From the IMG/VR virus record IMGVR_UViG_3300028635_000005: a DNA stretch of 64,000 nucleotides; one strand, written 5' to 3'. Shown here piece after piece: positions 58,585-64,000 of the stretch. This DNA comes from a virus. The notes under the pieces were generated by a model. It saw only the letters and a program-made list of their open reading frames with translations. It searched no databases and had not been told where the DNA came from. Both the position numbers and the translations under genes were made by a program. Numbering within the stretch: the stretch's first letter is position 1; each line of letters begins with the position of its first letter.

Positions 58585-59565
58585 TTAACGTTTATTCATA
58601 TATTGCTTAAGTAACTTAACAATTTCTGTGTGACCCTTATATTTTGCCCAACGTAAAGCCAAGCCCTTTTCAGCATAAACATTAGCACCAGCATCTAGTA
58701 ATAACTTAACTACTTCTATATGTCCATAGTAACTTGCCCATTGTAAAGCCCAATCATCTTCAGCGTGGACATCCGCTCCAGCATCTAATAAAAGTTTGAC
58801 CACTTCTGCATGACCATTTCGACTTGCTAATTTCAATGCCTCACCATCTTCAGCGTGGACATCCGCTCCAGCATCCAATAAGAGTTTAACTATTTCTGTA
58901 TGATCATTTTTACTTGCCCACCGTAAAGCCCAATCATCATTAGCATGAACATCGGCTCCGGCATCCAATAAGAGTTTAACTATTTCTGTATGATCATTTT
59001 TACTTGCCCACCGTAAAGCCCAATCATCATTAGCATGAACATCGGCTCCGGCATCCAATAAGAGTTTAACTATTTCTGTATGACCATTATCACTTGCCCA
59101 CCGTAAAGCCCAATCATTATCAGCATGAACATCGGCTCCAGCATCCAATAAGAGTTTAACTACTTCTGTATGACCATATTCACTTGCTATTCGTAAGGCA
59201 TAATCATTATATGCATGAACATTAGCACCTGCATCTAATAAAACTTTAACTACTTCTGTATGACCACGTCTACTTGCATATCGTAAAGCGTAATCATCAT
59301 TAGCATGAACATCGGCTCCGGCATCCAATAAGAGTTTAACTATTTCTGTATGACCATTATCACTTGCCCACCGTAAAGCCCAATCATTATATGTATGAAC
59401 ATCGGCTCCGGCATCCAATAAGAGTTTAACTTCTTTTATATTACCGTTTTTGCTTGCCTGTATTAGAGCTTCGTCCCTTTCTTTCTGGGACATATTTTTA
59501 AAATTTCTCGAGGATTTTTTTCTCGACATATCCTCGAACAAAGATTCTTTAACTAACTTTTTCAT
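58585..59565 (-). CDS. ankyrin-repeat protein (about 10 repeats)
   Basis: Tandem 30-aa units; starts MKKLVKESLFE. Confidence 0.92.
   Translation of the reverse strand: MKKLVKESLFEDMSRKKSSRNFKNMSQKERDEALIQASKNGNIKEVKLLLDAGADVHTYNDWALRWASDNGHTEIVKLLLDAGADVHANDDYALRYASRRGHTEVVKVLLDAGANVHAYNDYALRIASEYGHTEVVKLLLDAGADVHADNDWALRWASDNGHTEIVKLLLDAGADVHANDDWALRWASKNDHTEIVKLLLDAGADVHANDDWALRWASKNDHTEIVKLLLDAGADVHAEDGEALKLASRNGHAEVVKLLLDAGADVHAEDDWALQWASYYGHIEVVKLLLDAGANVYAEKGLALRWAKYKGHTEIVKLLKQYMNKR
58871..59083. repeat. perfect 90-bp-period tandem repeat inside the ankyrin gene
   Basis: 58871-58960 is identical to 58961-59050, and the match continues to 59083. Confidence 0.85.
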
Positions 59566-59580
59566 ATAACTTTATTTATT

Positions 59581-60015
59581 TTATTTGTTCATATATTGCT
59601 TAAGTAACTTAACCACTTTAGTATGTTCATTAAAACTTGCGTGTCGTAAAGCGTAATCATCTTTAGCATGAACATTAGCACCTGCATCTAATAAAACTTT
59701 AACTACTTTTACGTGACCATTTACACTTGCATATCGTAAAGCCTCATCATTATATGCATGAACATCAGCACCTACATCTAATAAAACTTTAACCACTTCT
59801 GTATGGCCATTATGACTTGCATATCTTAAGGCATAATCATTATATGCATGAACATTAGCACCTGCATCTAATAAAACTTTAACTACTTCTGTATGACCAC
59901 GTCTACTTGCATTTATTAAGGCTTTATCTTTTTTTTCCTGAGACATGTCTTCAAAATATTCTATAAAATTTTGTGACATATTCTCAAATAATGATTCTTT
60001 AACTAGTTTTTTCAT
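59581..60015 (-). CDS. ankyrin-repeat protein (about 4 repeats)
   Basis: Same 30-aa units; starts MKKLVKESLFE. Confidence 0.9.
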   Translation of the reverse strand: MKKLVKESLFENMSQNFIEYFEDMSQEKKDKALINASRRGHTEVVKVLLDAGANVHAYNDYALRYASHNGHTEVVKVLLDVGADVHAYNDEALRYASVNGHVKVVKVLLDAGANVHAKDDYALRHASFNEHTKVVKLLKQYMNK

Positions 60016-60031
60016 AATGATAGCTTATTTT

Positions 60032-61225
60032 TTATAGCGATTTCAAGTATTTTATTGTTTCGTTTCTACTCTTCCAATTATATTTATTCAATAACGCATC
60101 ATAATAAATACGGTTTTTAATTTTTCCGACTTCTTCATTTTTTACATTTAATAATTCCATAATGTCATTGCCGTTTACAGGAATATCTCCATCTTTCATA
60201 GGAATTTTTCCAGCTTTCATTATTTTTATAACATCATGGACTGATTTAGGAAGTACTCTGGCATTTATTGTCATAGGAGATACTCTAAGCATTTGAAATA
60301 CATTCCAACGAAGTTGGCCGGGATTGTTTTCATCAAACTTATCAAAATGTTTTTCAAGTGTTAAAAGAGCTTTAAAAACATTGTATTCACCTTTAAGTCT
60401 ATTCTTATAAAAAGTGGATGCTGTTACATGTCCAAGATTTCCTAAAACATAATAAAAAGATACGAGATCAAGGTTATCAAAATATTCAAACCCGTCTTTA
60501 GAAAATTTTTGCCCGAACATAGCTTTATCAAGATCACTTTTTTCTATTAAATCAAAGGCAATACGAGTAGAGCCTCCCTTTAAAAGAAGCTTATCAAATT
60601 CTTCTTTGATACGTTCTCCTGAAATTTCTTTAATTAAAGGAGCATTTTTTCTCATTAAAGAAAGCGTCTTAAGGTCTATGTTGAAACGAAAACGAGAAGC
60701 AAATTGGATTGCACGAATCATGCGCAAAGGGTCTTCATTGAATGCTGTTATATCTGTTGCTCTAAGAACTTTTGAAGAAAGATCTTTTTTGCCGTCAAAG
60801 GGATCAAGAAGTTTACCAGTTGCTACGTTAACTGCCATGGAATTAACTGTAAAGTCTCTGCGCTTAAGATCATCATTAATGTTTACTCCTTCAGTTTCAG
60901 TTTTAATTCCTTTATGCCCAGCACCAATTTTCCTATCTTTACGAGGAACTGCAATATCATAATCTTCACCAATATATCCCTTTGGTCTAAATTTAATGAC
61001 TGAAAAAGATTCACCGACTATGTTTAGTTTTCCAAACGTCTTTAACAGTTCTTTAACATTGTTCAAAGTTGTCCCTTCAATAACAATGTCAATGTCTTTT
61101 GGTTGCTTACCCATAAATGCATCTCTTACACACCCGCCAACAATGTAAATGCTTAGGTTCTTTTGACGAAGCAAATGTTGAATCCAAGATTGGTTTTGGA
61201 GATCAGATATAAGTGCGTTAAGCAT
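60032..61225 (-). CDS. cca: class II tRNA nucleotidyltransferase (CCA-adding enzyme family)
   Basis: VGGCVRD...DIDI, DLKRRDFTVNSMA, DPFDG..DL, EDPLRMIRAIQFASRF, ISGERIKEEFDK. Confidence 0.9.
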   Translation of the reverse strand: MLNALISDLQNQSWIQHLLRQKNLSIYIVGGCVRDAFMGKQPKDIDIVIEGTTLNNVKELLKTFGKLNIVGESFSVIKFRPKGYIGEDYDIAVPRKDRKIGAGHKGIKTETEGVNINDDLKRRDFTVNSMAVNVATGKLLDPFDGKKDLSSKVLRATDITAFNEDPLRMIRAIQFASRFRFNIDLKTLSLMRKNAPLIKEISGERIKEEFDKLLLKGGSTRIAFDLIEKSDLDKAMFGQKFSKDGFEYFDNLDLVSFYYVLGNLGHVTASTFYKNRLKGEYNVFKALLTLEKHFDKFDENNPGQLRWNVFQMLRVSPMTINARVLPKSVHDVIKIMKAGKIPMKDGDIPVNGNDIMELLNVKNEEVGKIKNRIYYDALLNKYNWKSRNETIKYLKSL

Positions 61226-61236
61226 TAAGGTTTTAT

Positions 61237-61431
61237 TTATATATTATTTTTGCGGGGAAGGTTATTCCAATATTTTATAGCATTCTCATGATCCACATAA
61301 TCTGCATGTGCGTTATTTTTGCCCCCATTAGTCTTTGGCCCTTCCATCAGACAATTATTGCATTTGATAAAAACGTAGCAATCAGTTAAATCATTGCTGT
61401 TGCAATTTGGGCAAGGTTTTAGATTTTTCAT
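61237..61431 (-). CDS. Lar-like (restriction alleviation) Zn-ribbon protein (probable start MKNLKPC)
   Basis: LKPCPNC...IKCNNC..EGP...AIKYWN; host-type promoter at 61456-61463. Confidence 0.65.
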   Translation of the reverse strand: MKNLKPCPNCNSNDLTDCYVFIKCNNCLMEGPKTNGGKNNAHADYVDHENAIKYWNNLPRKNNI

Positions 61432-61531
61432 AATAGTTACTATTAAGTTATATTGCAAATATAACAAAAAAAGTTGACAGAAAAAAATTAATTGCCAACT
61501 TTTTAAATAAAAATGAAAAGAAATGAAAAGA

Positions 61532-61921
61532 CTATTCAATAAATCCTTGCTCTAAAAGCACATTTTCAACTTTTTCCCAATCTATAAAAGGCCTATTAAG
61601 AATAAAACCCGGGTAATCATATTTAAGTGGAGCGCCTAACGCGCTATCATCAATATATAAATGTGCAAAAGGTTTAGGGCTTAACGTCCATGATTTTTGT
61701 TCAGGATTTTCATTAATTCCGTACAAAGGAATATCATTATTCGCGAACCAATGTATAGCATCATCAAGAGTATTCTTTTCGGAACGCATTGTATAAAGAA
61801 TAAGTTGATGTCCAGCTTTCACCAATTTTTTAAGAACTGGAACAGCTCCTATATCTTTTCCTACGTCAGGAAATTCATGCGTAACACATGTCCCGTCAAA
61901 ATCAATACAAATTATAGCCAT
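61532..61921 (-). CDS. HAD-superfamily hydrolase
   Basis: IDFDGT, LILYTMR, KPFAHLYIDD. Confidence 0.85.
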   Translation of the reverse strand: MAIICIDFDGTCVTHEFPDVGKDIGAVPVLKKLVKAGHQLILYTMRSEKNTLDDAIHWFANNDIPLYGINENPEQKSWTLSPKPFAHLYIDDSALGAPLKYDYPGFILNRPFIDWEKVENVLLEQGFIE

Positions 61922-62268
61922 TATCCCAACAATATTTCACGAAAAGCTTCAGCAGAACTCCATTGAGGATATTTAGCTTCCCATGCCTGTTTTCCTTCAT
62001 CATATTCCCATGTATACTTAATTTCATCGAAAGTATCGTAATCATACTCTGGGTATGTCTCAAAGAAACGACAATCTTCGGGATGATACTTAAACTTATT
62101 CACTATTTGCGATGCAATAAGTTCTGAGGCATTTGTCACCGACATGCCTATATTCATATCCTCAAAAAGAATAAGCTTATCGCCATCATCTTCAATAACA
62201 CAAACTCTGCATTTCGAATTAACTCTGTTAGGAGCTATAAACTCATGTTCAAAATCTTGTGTTTTCAT
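61921..62268 (-). CDS. hypothetical protein
   Basis: 115 aa; GMSVTNASE.IA motif. Confidence 0.55.
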   Translation of the reverse strand: MKTQDFEHEFIAPNRVNSKCRVCVIEDDGDKLILFEDMNIGMSVTNASELIASQIVNKFKYHPEDCRFFETYPEYDYDTFDEIKYTWEYDEGKQAWEAKYPQWSSAEAFREILLG

Positions 62269-62304
62269 AATTCTTAGTATTTAGTTGTTGGACAACGTTA
62301 AGCA

Positions 62305-62559
62305 TCATATAGTGTTCTTTATTATGTCGGCATCAACTGATGTAGCATAAAGCCAAAGTTTTAAATATTCGTCAATAGTTAAATCTGAGAGCCTTATTTT
62401 TTGAAATTCCTTCATCATAAAGTCCCATTCGTTTCTATCATTAAACTCAAGTAAATAGTACCAGGTTCGTGAACTTACTTCAGTTCCATCGGCTAAAAAT
62501 TTCATAGTACGTGCGTATTTTTTAATTTCAATGAAATTGAATTGTGTTTGGTCTATCAT
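62305..62559 (-). CDS. hypothetical protein
   Basis: 84-aa ORF. Confidence 0.5.
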   Translation of the reverse strand: MIDQTQFNFIEIKKYARTMKFLADGTEVSSRTWYYLLEFNDRNEWDFMMKEFQKIRLSDLTIDEYLKLWLYATSVDADIIKNTI

Positions 62560-62561
62560 AC

Positions 62562-64000
62562 TTATGCCTTAAATTCTCCGTAAGTTACTATTTTTACGCC
62601 TTTTTTCTGGGCATTCTTCATTTTGCTGCTGGTTGAGTTCAAACTATCAGTTATAAGATAATTACACCTTGCATCTGTAACTGAGACCTGTTCAACATTA
62701 GGAAAACGAGAAATAAATTCTTCTTTTGTCTTAAAACCAAAATCCCGAGGTGATCCTGTCATACAAACATAAATCGTATTCATATTGTTCTTGTTTATTG
62801 GTTTATCTATTGTTATGCCGCGTGATTCAAGAACACTTACTGCGTTAAGGATATAATTCTTTACATTTTCGTCTTTAAACATCTCTACAAGTGCTTTTTC
62901 ATGTCCCTTATAATCAGGTTCAACTCCACAATAATCTTTAGCAACCTGATCTGCAAGTTTTCTACCTACACCATCATAACCCATCATTAGAATAACCTGA
63001 GCAAATGTAAGTGATTTAACATTTAAAAAAGCATCCTGGAATATTTGATGTGAACGAGAATTATATTTTATTCCATATTTTTCGATATCGAATTCTTTAC
63101 GATAAGTACCATTGAGAACAGCCACAAAAAGTTCAAACATATTGTTATAATCCTCTGCGAAAGGCTCGATAGTTTTTCCACCTATGCCTTTAAGATCAAG
63201 CATTCCACACGCAACTGCAAGTTTCTTTGCAGTTTTTCCCTTACAATTATCATTGATGCACATGAGATGTATGCCATCGAATTTAAGATGTTCTCCACAT
63301 ACTGGGCAAACTTCAGGAAGCATTTCTTCATGAAGCGCAGGGTTATGTATTTTTTGCACTTCAGGAATAATATCACCTGCTTTTGCTATAGTTACAAAAG
63401 CGCCTTCGCCTATTTTATTGTTAACTATATAACCTGCATTATATCCTGAGGCTCTTTTTACAGTTGTACCCGCAAGTGTTACAGGCTTAACGCAAATAAC
63501 GGGTATCATTTCACCGGTTTTGCCAAGATTCCATTGAACGCCTATAACCGGTGTAACAACTTCCTCGGGAACAAATTTAATGGCGATTGACCATTCAGGA
63601 TCATGTTCATTTTCCCCAAGAATTTCACGAACAGTTACTGGAAGAGCAAAAACGATTCCATCTAACGGATATTCAAAATTGTCTCTTTCTTTTTCCATAA
63701 ATTTTACAGAATGAAGGTAATCTTCAACTATTGGACGTATCATAACCGATTGCGGATTACCAAATATAGGAGCATTGCCAAGTGCGTTGTTCGCAAACTG
63801 AATGCGTACATGCTGGCCATTAGCAATGTAATGAATAGGAATAAGAGTAATGTCAGCAACCATTTCAACGTCAATATCATCTTTACCTATAATGCCTGCA
63901 ACAAGATTACGGGCGTTAGCAAATTTTTCAGCGTATTTCTTTTCAAATACTGACTTTCTCATAACTGCTTCGCAGCGTATCTGTATAAGTGAATCAGGCA
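62562..64000 (-). CDS. ligA: NAD-dependent DNA ligase (5' end outside the window)
   Basis: The frame stays open to the window edge (QIRCEAVM); NARN..AG, YPLDGIV, AIKF, GKTG...P, AGDIIPEV, CPVC Zn finger, C-terminal BRCT (VCMTGS). Confidence 0.9.
   Translation of the reverse strand, partial: PDSLIQIRCEAVMRKSVFEKKYAEKFANARNLVAGIIGKDDIDVEMVADITLIPIHYIANGQHVRIQFANNALGNAPIFGNPQSVMIRPIVEDYLHSVKFMEKERDNFEYPLDGIVFALPVTVREILGENEHDPEWSIAIKFVPEEVVTPVIGVQWNLGKTGEMIPVICVKPVTLAGTTVKRASGYNAGYIVNNKIGEGAFVTIAKAGDIIPEVQKIHNPALHEEMLPEVCPVCGEHLKFDGIHLMCINDNCKGKTAKKLAVACGMLDLKGIGGKTIEPFAEDYNNMFELFVAVLNGTYRKEFDIEKYGIKYNSRSHQIFQDAFLNVKSLTFAQVILMMGYDGVGRKLADQVAKDYCGVEPDYKGHEKALVEMFKDENVKNYILNAVSVLESRGITIDKPINKNNMNTIYVCMTGSPRDFGFKTKEEFISRFPNVEQVSVTDARCNYLITDSLNSTSSKMKNAQKKGVKIVTYGEFKA

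Larger units (their letters stand above)
3848..61244. promoter_or_regulatory. repeated ATATATAAA(A/T)(T/A)AAAA motif (putative gp55 late promoters; at least 11 dispersed copies)
   Basis: Minus-strand copies at 3848, 4181, 7772, 12924, 17858, 22330, 28355, 30276, 35422, 46386 and 61236; plus-strand copy at 52441. Confidence 0.6.
26600..61463 (-). promoter_or_regulatory. repeated TTTTG(T/A)(T)TATATTT(G/A) Bacteroidota-type promoter motif (8 dispersed copies; putative early promoters)
   Basis: TATATTT(G/A) boxes at 26600, 29355, 45986, 48662, 50933, 52374, 57444 and 61456; four match TAnnTTTG exactly. Confidence 0.75.

Noticed and set aside
27480-59900. CRISPR array or DGR-like repeats suggested by periodic DNA (69-bp, 90-bp and ~590-bp periods)
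   Set aside because: The repeats are in-frame protein repeats (LRR, ankyrin, YPRLFE modules). There are no unique spacers, cas genes or reverse transcriptase, and no adenine-specific mismatch pattern was seen.
57594-60015. Eukaryotic giant-virus origin of the contig, suggested by the 30-aa ankyrin style
   Set aside because: The portal gp20, gp4, gp55, bacterial sigma, tmRNA and bacterial promoters/terminators identify a bacteriophage.
3880-61539. Longest-ORF N-terminal extensions (4227, 12970, 16446, 20344, 36310, 44473, 45998, 56360, 61539)
   Set aside because: They overlap upstream genes or promoter motifs; internal ATGs fit the spacing and family alignments better.
1613-63953. Numerous plus-strand ORFs in the six-frame track (e.g. 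6066-6404, 27290-27787, 44934-45458, 55359-56060)
   Set aside because: They are antisense shadows of well-supported minus-strand genes, with no recognisable motifs or promoters. Only 52461-52847 is kept.
1-64000. Stop-codon reassignment as in some large gut phages
   Set aside because: Conserved genes are intact under code 11, and TAG and TGA occur at sensible gene ends (e.g. 14354, 35498, 933).

Overview
64 kb of an AT-rich, T4-like (myovirus-type) large or jumbo bacteriophage genome. Almost all genes are on the minus strand and use the standard genetic code. The host is probably Bacteroidota, based on TAnnTTTG-type promoters, A-rich leaders without a Shine-Dalgarno sequence, and a tmRNA tag starting Gly-Glu. 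Recognisable core genes: portal (gp20), gp2- and gp4-like head proteins, a gp15-like tail protein, gp55 late sigma, an ECF/sigma70-type sigma, gp46/47, gp41 helicase, UvsX (mini-intein), the C-terminal half of a split family B polymerase (mini-intein), gp45 clamp, two topoisomerase II subunits, DinG helicase, TMK, NAD-dependent ligase, RNA ligase and a CCA-adding enzyme. Highlights read directly from the sequence: (1) a compact circularly permuted two-piece tmRNA gene at about 4.9-5.17 kb with a G3:U70 acceptor stem and tag GEQFKEYRMAA; (2) three distinct repeated promoter motifs that suggest a host-sigma, phage-ECF-sigma, gp55 cascade; (3) a family of proteins with capsid-targeting/protease-site-like N-termini, including a 1126-aa apparent polyprotein punctuated four times by YPRLFE and three ankyrin proteins; (4) six DNA-related proteins ending in -LF, a candidate clamp-binding motif; (5) an R-M-like locus with an apparently split methyltransferase and two alternative specificity paralogs; (6) a lone plus-strand SiaC/DUF1987 gene. 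All family calls come from motif recognition by eye; no database search was run.
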